64,000 bases of DNA from Epiperipatus broadwayi (GCA_028023455.1 JAQFVV010000003.1:13702001-13766000), one strand, 5' to 3'. Shown: positions 50,872 to 64,000, numbered from the stretch's first letter. Notes: a model not told the origin generated them from the sequence alone. Numbers and translations are program-made.

Positions 50872-51751
50872 TATGTGGAGGGGGGGGGGCTAAAATAACA
50901 GGAATTTTACAATAAAAAATTGTTTATTCATTTTTAAGTATTATAAATGTAATTTCTTTCAAATTATTATCCATTTGATGAAATACACGGATCTAAACAT
51001 GTTTTTCATTTTTCAAAGTAGTCCAGAAATACTTGCAAAGTGATGCCTTTTAACGCCTCCATCAATTTTTCTACCACTTCTAAGTTGTGGGAAAAAAATT
51101 GACATATTTTTCCTTTGGAAAGATAAAAAAAAAAATTCATTAAGCAAGATCAAGCAAATATGGCTCATAGATAAGCTGAGTCATGCTGAATTTAATTAAA
51201 AAGTGTTTCACACTCAAGTCTTTGAAAGATAACACTGCTTGCATTATTTTATTTGTCTTAAAATGGGATGTTTACATTTTACTGCATCACATAAATGTTT
51301 TAGATTTTGCAAATAAAATGTCCGGTTGTTACAAACCAAATCTGAGAGAAAAATGTTGTTTGTGCCAAAAAAAATCAGCATTCTTTTGACTTTGGAAACT
51401 TTTTAGGGAAATGGTGAATTTAACATTTCAATTAAACCATTCATACATTTGTGTTTTTATGAGATCAGCTTGCATATAATCTGTTTCAAGCATTATAACT
51501 GTTTTCTTTGCTCTTTTATGTGAATGAAACAAGAATTTTACACTTCAAATATTTTAGTCATTATAAAAAAATCAACAAATATGAGAAACACACTTTATAA
51601 AAAAATGAGCTACATGGTCCCATAATTTCACATGGCAATACAGATTGATGAAAAAGGGTTTCTGCAAAAAGTATGTAATAGCAGAAATACATACTACAAC
51701 AGGTGCACAAACCAGAGAATGATTCCAGTTATTTATGGGTCCCCCCTCATA
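50872..51751 (-). mobile_element. Mariner element, internally deleted, both TIRs present
   Basis: Left TATGTGGAGGGGGGGGGCTAAAATAACAGGAAT; the right end reverse-complemented reads TATGAGGGGGGACCCATAAATAACTGGAAT. Internal sequence is homologous to the transposase 3' part at 51900-52400. Confidence 0.75.
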
Positions 51752-51894
51752 ATTATTAGAATAATCAATCATAAACGAATATAGCTAATAAACTCCAGAG
51801 AAAGAAAAAGGGATAGCAAAAATGATAAAATAAAAAGAGCCAGAATTGTTGTGAAGATAAATAAAGTATGAAAATATACCATTATATATAATTT

Positions 51895-52655
51895 AAAAAC
51901 TTTCTAAATTTAATGAAATTTCTGTGTATATACTAATGATTTTTAAGCAGTTCAGAAACTCTTGCAAAGTGATGACTTTTAATGACTCCATCATTTTGTA
52001 ATTCACCTCTTCTAAATCTGCTAAGCAATTTATTTTGAGGCATTTTTTCATTTGGGAATAAAAAGAAATTGCACAGAGCGAGATCAAGTGAATATGGAGC
52101 ATGGATAAGCTTAGTCATGCTGTTTTTAGTTAAAAATTGTTTCACATTCAAGCCTTTGTACATTGCGTATTGTTGTGGTAGTTACCACTCCCCACTTTGC
52201 TACTAACTGGGATGTCTTCAGTTCACTGCAACACACAAATGTTTCAGAACTTCTACATAAAAAACATCTGATTGTTACAAATGAATTCTGAGTGAATAAT
52301 GCTGTTTGCATTACCCCCCCCCCATATCTTTTTGACATTGGACTTCCCCACAATAGTTGCTTATAGGCTGTTTCAAATATTATAAGTTATTTCAAGTAAT
52401 ATAACTGTTTCCTTTGCCATTTTCCTAACAGAAAAGAGAATTTAATGTTGTCCTAATTTTTCAACTAATATAAAAATTGACAAACGAGATGCACTTAACA
52501 AAAAAAATTTACATGCACCATGACTATACTCGATGACATTGTTCAGGAACTGATGCAGAAGAGTCTCTGCAAGAGGTATCTAAATGCGGAAGCATGTATT
52601 ACAATGGGCCCACTTACCAAAGAATGATTCCAAGATATTTGGGTACCCCTAGTAT
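51895..52655 (-). mobile_element. Second mariner copy, truncated
   Basis: HAPYSLDLALCNFFLFP is the mariner HPPYSPDLAP.DF.LF motif. A TIR-like GATTCCAAGATATTTGGGTACCCCTAGTA lies at about 52626-52654. Confidence 0.8.
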
Positions 52656-53833
52656 GTATTTATTAAAAGAGTAAAAATCAATAACAAATTATCACTAATA
52701 ATGAATAAATGTTATCAATCAGATACAGTGCTAAATGCAGACTATTGATCAAGTCTACATTTGCCAGATAATTAGAGGTATTCAGATATAAATTATTAAT
52801 AACAAGTGTCTTACTATGAGCATTTCCCACCACCTAGATATGATCTTTCTGATCTCTTCTCTTATTCTTTTTCCATTTTATCTCATTATCATAAATCATT
52901 TTAGATTATATAGATACAACTAATTTGAGCTTCTCATGTCTCAGCATATAAATTATATGGATAGCCACAATTTCATCATTAAATTATATGCATAGCAATA
53001 TATTCTCCATTGCTCTTTTTTATTATATGCAAATAAGTGTAGATACACAAAATATGAAAAAACTTTGCAATGGTAAATTAGTGACAGAGATAACCTTATC
53101 AGTGCTTAATTGCAATGTTGCACAAGACAATACAATAAATAAGTTGCTTTGGAATTACATATACATTGATAGAAGTTTCAACCAGTAAAATGCTCTCACT
53201 TTTACAAATGTTTAAAGATCTAAAAATGTTGACTTAAAATGGACAATTTCAGAACATTTGTTAAGTTGCCATTCCCAGTAGATCATTCATTTAAGTAGCA
53301 GAAATAAGTTGTAATGTAAGTAGTGGACAACAAGTACTAGGTACTGATGACAATATAAATATTTCCATTTGTGTTTAAATACAGATATATAAAATGTGAA
53401 AAATTTGTTTCAAAATCTTGATATAATTAGTCTTAATGAATCTTGATTTCTAAATAAAAATTTAACTAAACATATAGATGGATATAAGTTTTTTGAAAGA
53501 ATACTTCATTAAATAAAAGGTGATTGATTGACACTAGATTCACTGTGAGGATTAACTTAATAATTTCTACTCTAAATGCTACTAATATTAAAAATTTGTG
53601 CAATGATTCCTATTCATTTAATCAGTGATTATTCAGAAAAATGTAAAAAAACAACAACTTTTATTTCTTATTGAGTAGTATTATTTCATTAATATTTCTT
53701 CTTGGAGATTTTAATGCATGTTTATAATAAACTATGGCCATAGAGTTATTGAAAATAATGATATTGTTTTTGTAAACTCAATCAATCTGTTGTTAAATTT
53801 TTGCACCTGTCCAATGACAAACAATATTTGATA

Positions 53834-53873
53834 ATCACTGACAAAGGCCAATAAGCCAGAAACTAGTCTGGGG
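53834..53873 (+). ncRNA. Decayed PLE-type hammerhead motif
   Basis: ATCA CTGACAA AGGC-CAATAA-GCCA GAAAC-TA-GTC TGGGG. G8 to A is consistent with CpG decay; palindrome ACTAGT in stem III. Confidence 0.55.
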
Positions 53874-54180
53874 ATATTGGATAAGTAGGTGGGGATTTTA
53901 TGCACAAGCCTTCTGGCATGCATTGATTACTCTGGTTGGCACAGGTGGCACTACTGTATGGAGAGTTTTGCCTGTTTAATATATGAAAGCTTATTTATGT
54001 TGAGAGTTAATAATCAGAATGTGAAAGACATCATTATAGGCATAGATTATTAATGAAATCAAAAATTAGTTCTCTCCAAGGTTAAAATAGTAAATTTAAC
54101 ATTTGTTCCTAAGAAGCTATTGTTACTAATACTACAGTTGTTAACATCTAAATATACTGATTTTTCAAGATAAGTTATGT

Positions 54181-54320
54181 TACTGAGATATGGAATTCTC
54201 TTAAGGAATATAGTGTGGATATGAGTAAGTTTATTCTCGGATTTCTAAAATACTGAGATATGGAATTTTCATAAAAAACATAGTGTGGATATGAATAAAT
54301 CTATTTTTCAATTCCCTAAA
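54181..54320. repeat. 70-bp tandem duplication
   Basis: TACTGAGATATGGAATT...TAGTGTGGATATGA occurs at 54181 and 54251. Confidence 0.8.
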
Positions 54321-54689
54321 AAACCCAAACAAACAAGAAAAAAAATCTTGGATCTCTAGCAATAATTAGATTATTTGCCAATTTGATTTGATTAAAAAGA
54401 AACATGGCATTTTCTGCTTTGGCTAAGTAATAAAATTAACTAGGAGCTTCATAATTAGTACATGGCTTTCAATTCTATGAATGCTAAAAACACACAATAA
54501 CTTTTTATTTGAATAATAAGTTATAGTCTATTAAATAAATGAATGGTACAAAGAAAATATTTTAATCTTTTTTTGATAGTACATGATTCAGATGATATTT
54601 AATATATATCTAGCCTATGAACTCATTAATTTGAACCTTGATGAAATTCAAATAAAATCTCTTTGAGTTTGTAAAACGCTAAAGACTAT

Positions 54690-55020
54690 AAGCCTGATAA
54701 GATGCTCTGATAAGTTTTAAAATATGATGGAAGTATGTTTGCTTTAAAATTTTTGTAATTTTTTAGGAACATATGGACATATAAAAATTGATTCACCTGA
54801 TCTTAAAAATGTTTCCATTTATGGGATTAATAAAAATGAAGAGAACAAAAAAGACAGCATACAATAAATACCATTGTTATCAACTTCAGCAAAAGTGCAC
54901 TAAAATTTTTTATTAAATAGATTGTTTTCATTAGATGACTGTTTACAGAGTTTTGTTTGGTTTTAAAAAATCAAAAGGCAATAGGGATATGGTTATTGTT
55001 ATCCAATTAATCAATAAAGC
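54690..55020 (+). pseudogene. LINE RT N-terminal fragment
   Basis: PDKM..VLKYDG...NIW...DLKNVSI...PLLSTSAKV..LNRL...FGF.K.KG.RDM pattern. Confidence 0.55.
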
Positions 55021-56099
55021 TTGCTATAATCTTTAAAAGCAACTGTTTTAATAGCTTATTAATAAATGAAATCAATAACCGACAAACACAGTCTTCTATT
55101 TTAAAAATAGCCCATTAATTTCAATATATAAAAAAACACATTATTTTTCTTTATAAATCTTGTTTTATTATATTAACTATTATAAAACAAATAAATAACA
55201 CTCCAATGTTTAGATTATATTCTTTTATAGTCTTTATCAAGGAACAAACTAAAAAATACATAAAAAACAATAAATATAAATATTCCACAATTGTTATTTG
55301 TACTTGGATTACTGTGGCATTTATATTTATTGTTTTTTAAGTATTTTTCAGACTATAAAAAAATATAGTTAAAACATTGAAACGTTATTTATTTTATAAT
55401 AGTTCATATAATAAAACAAGATTTATAAAGAAGAGCATGCATTTTATTTATATATTAGCTTATTAATACTAAATAACAATTACACAGTGTTATCGGAGAT
55501 AGCACTATAATGGAAAATGTGAAGCACTAGAATGGCTTATTGCATCAAAAAATGATATATATTGACTCCAAAATTTATTTTCCATTATTATGCTAGTGTT
55601 TTTTGAAAAATTGGCTTCAGATCTATTTCTAATAATAAAATCAATTAAGAGAAAAAGCAAATATTTATTTTCTTGGCTGCAATACATAATTATAATATGC
55701 TAATATTGTCTATTGTTACAATTCAGAGAGATAATCTAACAATATGAATGTAGCCAACAACAAAAATAATTGTTTAATAATATTTATGTAAAAAAAAATA
55801 GATCATTTATCAATTAATGAATGGTACAAAATTCTCAGAAACTTTGGCTTGAATGTGGATTATTTTAAATATTTGGCAAAGAACCAAATATTGTGGGACA
55901 AACTCCAATATATTGCTGCTGCATTTAACAAATTAAAAGATAAAGCTATTTAATAATGATATAATTATTAAAGATAAAAATGTGATACATGTCTAAACAT
56001 TTATGATTCAGATTGGTCTGTGTAGTTCACTGCAAAAACATCTCTAAATTTTGTGTTTTTTTTTGTCTCTAGTTCACTGTTTTATTTTTCTGGAGTTAG

Positions 56100-56420
56100 G
56101 ATGGCTATATTTATTTACGAGTCAATGATAATGCATGTAGATGGGTACGACAAACTATCACTGATATTTGATGTCATCATCATCCATTTTTCAGCAGAGA
56201 ACTTAACATAGTGTGTAACGTAATATGTATATTTCAGTTTTATTTCATCACAATTTTTTCTGCAGCATTATCAACTTCTTTCTTATATGATGCTTTAATG
56301 AAATTTTAATTACCTGTTTTTCCTTTCTGTATTAATAAAGCTTTCTAAATCAACAGCAATCAGTATTTCATGGAATTCTCTAGTTTTCATCTCTTCATAG
56401 TAGTTAAAATTCTTTTTATA
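56100..56420 (-). pseudogene. LINE RT fragment
   Basis: KTREFHEILIAVDLE and SDSLS..IIID resemble FIDL.KAFD and QGD.LSP.LF. Confidence 0.4.
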
Positions 56421-56710
56421 ATATATCATATCCCTAGATTATTTATGTACCCAGACAACTGAGTTAGATTCTATTATATATGCACACAGACATATTAATA
56501 TATCTTTAACAAAAGAAATATATAATATCCTCATAAATAGTCTTCAAATCAGATAAAACTGAGATAAATTTCTATACATATAAATTATACTGGCAAAACA
56601 GTTATTATTAGATGATAAAAGATTTATTAGATAATGTGAAAATACATTCTGAATAAAACTGAAATTCTTATTAAACAAAAAAAGTTTTCATTGTTTAAAT
56701 AATATGCTTA

Positions 56711-57215
56711 TATATAAGGGATTCAAACTCAGATTTTCACATGACCCTAAATTCTCCATGCCATTTCATATCGCTGACCCGCCTGATCACACACATATTG
56801 AAAAGATAAATAATCATCAATACATGTATTTCATGCTAAACAAGCAATCATCAGTTGGTCCAGATTACTATCTCCACACATATATACAATCAATGCTCAG
56901 CTTTATATTAAGATAGCCAATCTTCATACTTTAATGGACAAGCTTGAAGATTGGCTATCTTAATATAAAGCTGAGCACTGATTGTATATATGTGTGGAAA
57001 TAGTAATCTGGATCAACTGATGATTGCTGGTTTAGCATGAAATATGTATATTGGTGATTATTTATCTTTTCAACATGTGTGTGGTCAGATGGGTCAGCAA
57101 AATGAGATGGCATGGAGAGTTGAGAGTTGTGTGAAAATCTGAGTTTGAATCCCTTATATATTAAAGTATATATGTGCAGGTGTGTGTAAGCCTGTACAGT
57201 GTATTAAATAACATA
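56711..57215. mobile_element. PLE-derived fold-back (arms 56711-56926 and 56945-57160) with a hammerhead motif in each arm
   Basis: ~215-bp inverted arms around an 18-nt spacer. CTGATGATTGCTGGTTTAGCATGAAATATGTATATTGGT at 57017-57055 with its mirror at 56816-56859. The 3' tail matches the one at 35280-35325. Confidence 0.85.
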
Positions 57216-57309
57216 CTTATAGAAAATGTATACAGGCTACAATAAACTTCTATATTATTTTCATTAATTTAATGATATAAAAAAAAAAAAGATTAAAATA
57301 AAAAAATAA

Positions 57310-57900
57310 GCATTAATTCAAGTGCTCAAAAATTATCTTCCATTGCATTCAGAAATTGTTGATATTGGCAAGAAACTGAAATGCAAGTTGAATTAAAATA
57401 TGTAGGTTGATATTGTTGCACATTCTGTTTCAAAAATCCAGCAATATTTGATGCTTTATGCCACTGACGTTAATCTTTTAAGTGCCATCACAAAATAAAG
57501 TCCATCAGCATTAAATCAGGAGAATATGAAGGATATTCAAGACCTTCTTTATCCAATCTAATCTTTGGAAAAGAGTTATCCAGATGAGCATTAATGGATA
57601 GGTGACTTAAGTTGCATCATCTTCTGCAAATAACTTAGTAATGTATAGAATAATTGATTCTTAAAATAAGTTGAGATATATGGCATTAGTTACATTTTTC
57701 CAGACATCCTTTATATATTCAATTGCAAAGATTGTCGAGGTCATTCAAATTATGATTTCAACTAATTTAATATTATTTAATCTGATATTATACATTCATA
57801 TTGTGCCAATGGTGAATTGGATCATACTGCTGATATAAATTTAAAACTAAAATAGCACAAAAATTTGCAGGGATTTATGTTAGGAAAATAAATTAAAAAT
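57310..57900 (-). pseudogene. Tc1/mariner-superfamily (Tc3-like) transposase remnant
   Basis: Shifted frames give F.EDDAT, YPSYSPDLMLMDFIL.WHLKD and C.NG..FEHL, matching FQQDGA..H, WP..SPDL.P.DFFLWG.LK and C....G..FEHL. Confidence 0.65.
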
Positions 57901-58259
57901 AGAAGTTTCAATGATTACACCATAATCACAAAAGCTTCATAAAAAGGTATGTATCCTCAAATACATATGTGTTAGGAATAAATTTACAGCAATGAATAAT
58001 TTTCATTGCTAATTTATTTAATTATGTAAAGCATTTTGATTTTGTAAAAAAAAAAAAAATTGAAAAGAGAGTTGTGTAAGCAACTTTCAGAATAATTCAA
58101 AGCTGAAAATTGAAATAATTTTCATATTTAATAAGCACTACAAAATATAGAAATTTTGTATTGTGTTTTAAATAAAAACATATTCTTTTTATTTCATTAT
58201 TACGTAATCTTTAGTAACTAATAGGTGCCAAAATGTTAGTGTTTATTAATTTCCTAGTT

Positions 58260-59190
58260 TTTAACTTAAGGTTATCACTAGAGAGAAGCTTTGGATCTTT
58301 GAATATTGTACCCGATCCTTCAAAATCTGATGTATCCTCCTTCTAGCAGCCATTTTTACTTCTCTGTTTTCTACTATCAAGTTATCAGCCCAAACTGAAA
58401 AGCACACATGCTTTCAATCTTAGCCAATATGCTTGTATAGTCATGTAAATCTAAAACAAGTTCAGTATCTACATTTTATATATCCTCAATTTTTTAAACA
58501 ACCATATGCATCTCTTTCCTATGACCAGGACTAGCATATCATATGAATCCAACTTTCACATGGCTGTTGAGCAGCATACTCTTTTTTTTCCACCATTATT
58601 ATGAACTGGTTTCAGATTTATATAACTATATAAGCAAATTAGCTTAGATTAAAAACATATTTTTTATCTGGGCTGATAACTTGCTAGTAAAATAAAAAAC
58701 CCAGTAAAAATGGCTACTAATAGAAGGGCACTTTAGAGGTCTAAAATCTAGAACTCCTCATTGATGAAAGCCATAAGCTCAAAACTAGTCTGAGGGTATT
58801 GGATAGGACAGGGGTTTAATAAGCACCATCATCTAGTATCTAATAGTTACTAAAGATTACATTAAGTGGCATAGCAATAGTTAAAAAAAGATTATGTTAC
58901 TGAATATCAATGGATGACATTTTATTGGTTTTATACCAATCCTGATAACAGAATACAGGTACCTATAGTTATTAAAAAAACTGAGGACCCATAATTTGGT
59001 TTCAAATCTATATAAAATATACAGGCAAGTTGGCTTAGATTGAATAGCGGAAAAAAATTTAATAAAAGATGATAACCAGAAATAGGATTATTAGATCCTA
59101 AAGATCCAATCCACTGTTCAAAAAATCCAAAGCTCCTCACAGATGAAAGCCATAAACTAAAAACTAGTTTGAGGATACTGGATAAGAAAG
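58260..59190. mobile_element. Old PLE pLTR array: inverted segment plus two tandem decayed hammerheads
   Basis: Inverted repeat about 58335-58395 vs 58670-58730. CCTCA TTGATGA AAGCCATAAGCTC AAAACTAGTC TGAGG (58756-58795) and CCTCA CAGATGA AAGCCATAAACT AAAACTAGTT TGAGG (59135-59173). Confidence 0.6.
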
Positions 59191-62100
59191 CACTGGATAG
59201 AAATCATTTGGTATCTATTTGTTATTAAAGCTTACACTAAATGGCAAAAAAAAGTATAGTGCTAAATAGCAATGTGTAAACTAAAGTCAGAAGATAGAAT
59301 TATGTGATATTTTATTAGTTTTTATAAATACGATGGAACTGTATGTTTTATCAGTTAAAAAATATAATTCCCAAAGATATATATTTAAAAGCATTTAATT
59401 GACAATAAAAATAATAATTTATGGACAATTTCCAGAAAATTCTATTTACAAAGTTGTAACATAAAAAAAAAAAAAAACCTAACAAAAATAAATATCTTTA
59501 CAAATTTGAAGTTATTCGCATTTTTAAAATTTGTGTAAAGGTGAAAATATTAAAAGCTACAATTGGAAAAATAATTAATTATCCATGAAAGTCACAAGTA
59601 ATTAAGACTTGAAAACAAGGTAAAAATGCTTTTGAATAACACTCTTGCAGAAGGGCATATTAGCTTCTGAGCTTTGGTCATAAAATGCATGTTAGATTTC
59701 AAACTTCAAAGTTCAGATTTAAAAGATAATTCAATCAGGTCAGAGGTTAAGCAATTAGTCATCTAGTATTTGTTGCAGATAGCAAAATCAGCTGAGTAAA
59801 AAAGATACTATTCACAAGAATACCAAGTTAGTGAAATTGATAGATAATTCGCATATGGATTTAGAGAGAATGATATTAAGAAAGATAAATTTATTGCAAA
59901 TTAATAATAAACTTTCAGATTCGAGATTTAATCTATACACAAAAAAATTAATAATAATATGTGTGCAGACTGTCTTTCAGTAAATAATACTGCTAAAAAA
60001 AATAATTATTTAAAATTGAAAAAAAAATGTAGTTTTGAAATATAGACTATAAATTTATAAGAGATTTATTCTTTTACAAATATAATGTAGTTTTTTTTTT
60101 TCTACTTGAAAATTTTGGAGAGAATATAATTCTCTCTTGCACATAAAAATAAAATTCATTGATTTTTTTTCTTTGCACTTTTTCGTCTTTTCTTTTTTCA
60201 TATGTTAATAATTATATTATAAGATGAATAAATTCAAAACATTAATCATTAATTAAACATTAATTCCTGGACACTGGTGGATAATAATGAAAGAATAAAA
60301 TAAACAAAACTTACGTTTAACTAAAGATATGATATATATCTAATGAAAATATGCATTTCATTGTCCACATTTATAACTGTAATATATTTATATTGACTTC
60401 TTTATTTTATTTACAGTAATAAATATATTATTAATATTTTAACTCGATCTGTTTTCATTCTCATTATATCTACATTTCCCCTCAATTAATTAGTTAGTGA
60501 GTGCAATCATCAGTGCATGCTTTATGCTAGCTAGAACTCAAAATCAATAACAGGAAAGTGTTAATTAAAAAATGCATAACTATTAGGATCAAGTCTGTAG
60601 AATAGTCCATTTTGAGGTGGAGTTGAGTTTCAGGATCCTTTCTAGAGTCACATATAAATAAAAAGCTATCTCTAGCAAGATTATATTATATCTTTTATCA
60701 ATCATTTAGGGTTACATAATAATGCAGAATGTTTGATTTCATCATTACCAGTAATTTGAAAGTTAGTTACTATAATATTATATATGTCTGCAAACTACCA
60801 TATGGCTGACTCGATATTTTATTATATTTGACTGACCAATGTGAAGCATTATACTGATTACTATCAGATATCATCTTTCTGGCACAATGTATACTTGTTT
60901 TATATTATTTCTGCATCAAATATAATTTTTTTAGTAATTTAAAAATTAGAGTAATACTTATACACAACAAATTGTGTTTAACATAAAAAAAGAAGCTTAA
61001 ATAGCTATTTGAACAATGGTAAATATTTCTTCAGCATCTCTCCTCCCACACACATAAAGATGAAAAGGCATCATTCATTCATTAGTCAACGATTAATTCC
61101 AAATGGTTTTATATTTTCTCTTCCATCTTTTGCGCTGCCCATTTACAGATCATAAGATGGCTTTTAAAAATTCTCCAAGTTTCAGTCCAGTTGAATTCCA
61201 CGTTATGAATATGGAAAACAGATCTACTAGATATAAACATTCTAATTAATGAAAAGATCAAAATTACGAATTGTGCAAATATATATATGAACAAGTAGCG
61301 TGTGTAAATATAAGCATATAAATTGACATTTGAACATTGAAGCTAAATTATAGTCATAATGATTACATATACAAATAAGATATCTTCCATATGAATAGTG
61401 AAGGCTGCAACATAACATATTTTTTAATTTTACAGTCAGCTCATTGATACTCATCTGCTAACACAGATTAAGTTGAAGGATACATTTTCTAATTAAATTA
61501 AGATACCCATTTACTGACCATTATTGGTTGGATAGGATATAATTTTTTTGCATGAAAAAGATCCTAAATTTATTTGTAACCACCCAAAAAATTGCGAGGT
61601 TCATTTGGCCTGAACGCAAATTTCTAACTCGTGGACATAATAAGTGAATACTCTAATATTTATGTCATGACTAAATCTATTAAAAATTCATCTGAATAAC
61701 TCAGATTAAATAGAGATCTATCCTTTTAGCTAAGAATAGTTATAATCACTTATTATAATATATTGGCTGACAATCTGGATTGGTTATGGACTATATAATG
61801 GGGGAAGGGGTATCTTAAAACTGTTTGTGATCTGAGAAAAAAAAGATTTAGCTAGCCCAAACTCGAGTAACAGGATCAAGGATATTATGACTGATACATA
61901 ATTTAACAATTATGCCATGACTAGGTCCCTTCAAATGTAAATAAAGACACTCGTATATATATTTTTGTGTGTGTGGAATATAATTATATTTTCGTATAAG
62001 ATTAACAATATTTAGTTATATATCATAATAAAAAAGATAAATTAGTTTTTAGTGAGATTGCTAAAAGACAGAAGTTCTGGATGATAGATCAGTAGTAAAA

Positions 62101-63177
62101 AGTATAAATAAAAGCAAACGATTCATATGAAATCAAAACAACATTCATCACCCCTCTAAAAACAACATCATTTTATCGCGACTGAAAGAAATATCTTTAT
62201 TTTTTTTAAAAAAAATCTACTACGAGAAGAGTTCACAGAATGGAAAAGAAAGTTACAAAATGAAAGAAAAACAATGTATAGTGTATATTTAAAAAAAAAA
62301 AGCTTCAACTTTATTCAACAAACAAAACATCCTCTTTATTTCCTTAAGGATTAGGGTTGGACAGGAAATCATTTATGGAATTTCCTGCTAATCTAAATCA
62401 AGATTAAGCTAGTTCCAGAGGAACTCCTGTAACTACCTGACCACCACTCCTGTTAATACTAAATAGGATAATTCAAAACAAATTGTCAGTTAAGCAAAAT
62501 AAATAACACATTTATATATGTTGAGTGCGTATGTGTGAGTGTAAATATAAACAAATCTTTACCTATATGAATAACCAACTTATAAAATGGTTTCGTGTTG
62601 TAACGATTAGTCTATTCTCCTGACAAGTCCAGGAAGTGTGTGTTCAAATCCAGAGAAAGTTTATTTTATATAATTGTATATTTCCAATTTTTCCGAGAGC
62701 GGTTCCATAGCCAATTCAATTTGTCATTCAATTATTGGTTGTTTTTGTATCATAAAATGTATCAAGTTTACAAATTTCAATGTTTTTTTTTTTTTTGTTT
62801 ATTTACACTTTTTTTGGATAGCATATAATTGAAGTAGTGTGTATTACAACTTTATCGTAGTTTTCCTTTTAATTTTTTTCTTATAATTTTAATTCTAGCT
62901 TAAAAACTTAAAATAAAACAATTTATCTAGACATTTTCATTATTCAGTTTATTTTTTTATTACAATATTTTTCAAAACAAGGTTAACTACAAGATTATTA
63001 AGATTAACAATGATTTGGAATCTGGAAATGAAAATAACAAAAATTTGGTTTGATTTGTTATATAATATATTAATTAATTCTAGTATAAGATTACAAATAG
63101 TAAAAAAATATAAAGTCTAGCTAGATGTTGTGATAGTTGTTAATTATAAATCAGATTATTTTTTTTCATATGTCAAA

Positions 63178-63249
63178 TGCGTTGACCAGGAAGCAAACCC
63201 GGGACAGCTGCTTAGAAGGCTGCTATGCTAACCACTAAGACATCAACGC
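63178..63249 (-). tRNA. tRNA-Gly-derived retrocopy / short SINE (anticodon position reads TCT; probable pseudogene)
   Basis: Minus strand reads GTCAA-GCGTTGATGTCTTAGTGGTTAGCATAGCAGCCTTCTAAGCAGCTGTCCCGGGTTTGCTTCCTGGTCAACGCA-TTTGACATATG-A8, with a perfect 9-bp TSD ATCTGATTT. Confidence 0.85.
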
Positions 63250-64000
63250 TTGACAAATCAGATGATTTTGCCTCATTAATTATTATAAAAAAAATTTTTT
63301 TTTTGTTTAGTTAATGGTACTGTGTGATAAGTTAGTGATTATTTCCAAGTTGATTGTGTATAGTTATTTTTCATGGAACCAGTTATTAAAAAAAGAGGAC
63401 TGATTAAGTATTTGATTCAAAGTTTTTGTGAAGTGCTAAATTGTGGAAAACCAAATGATAATTACAATATTGTCTGATTAAGATAAAAATCATGGATAAG
63501 TAATTAAAAAATTAATGATTATATGCTCCAAATTCTGAATGGTATCTGGTATATCCCTTCACCTGCTTAGTGAATATTTTAGATATTATTATAGACATAT
63601 TTACAAAGTAACTTAGTTTCATTATTGAAAAATAATAAGTCTATCTTAAGCTTGTTTAAGTTATAATTCAGTATTTTCCAATAATAACATAAAAGGGGGT
63701 ATCAAAGTTTCCAAAACATTTAAAAACATTTTAAATTTTGCATTAAACAGTGCATGTAAGAAACTCACTGCAAAAATTATTGAGAAAATGTAAACTATTT
63801 TCATGGTTCAGAAGGACTTTTTAAATTATTACTTTACTAGTCACTTGAAAAACTCATTCATAATTAGAAGCTATATTGATAACTTATAAAAAGCTTATAT
63901 TTCAAGAGAAAAACTAAGTTGTTCATTTTATATAAATCTTTACTTTATGAAAACTTTTTTAAGAGAAAAAAATGAGTCAAATATTTAATTGTGTAATATG

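Overview
Very AT-rich, CpG-depleted eukaryotic DNA, most likely from an invertebrate animal; the species cannot be determined. No host protein-coding gene is confidently recognisable, and almost all short ORFs in the track are chance ORFs or pieces of decayed transposons. The first 21 kb hold a cluster of related Ty3/gypsy-like elements with unusually long (2.2-2.6 kb) LTRs: a solo LTR (277-2537), plus two elements built as LTR-PBS-gag only-PPT-LTR with no recognisable pol (2613-11606 plus strand; about 15167-20870 minus strand). A further LTR end with its PBS lies near 33 kb. Penelope-like element (PLE) material is scattered across the window, often as long fold-back palindromes, and carries about a dozen minimal type-I hammerhead ribozyme motifs, two with an intact core (9518-9558 minus; 46421-46463 plus). 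There are four copies of a ~100-bp tRNA-Gly-derived SINE-like retrocopy with A-tails and target-site duplications (TSDs). The rest comprises three hAT MITEs with 8-bp TSDs, mariner, Tc1-like, Merlin and Sola3-like transposase remnants, and several RTE-type LINE fragments. All alignments and translations were done by eye.
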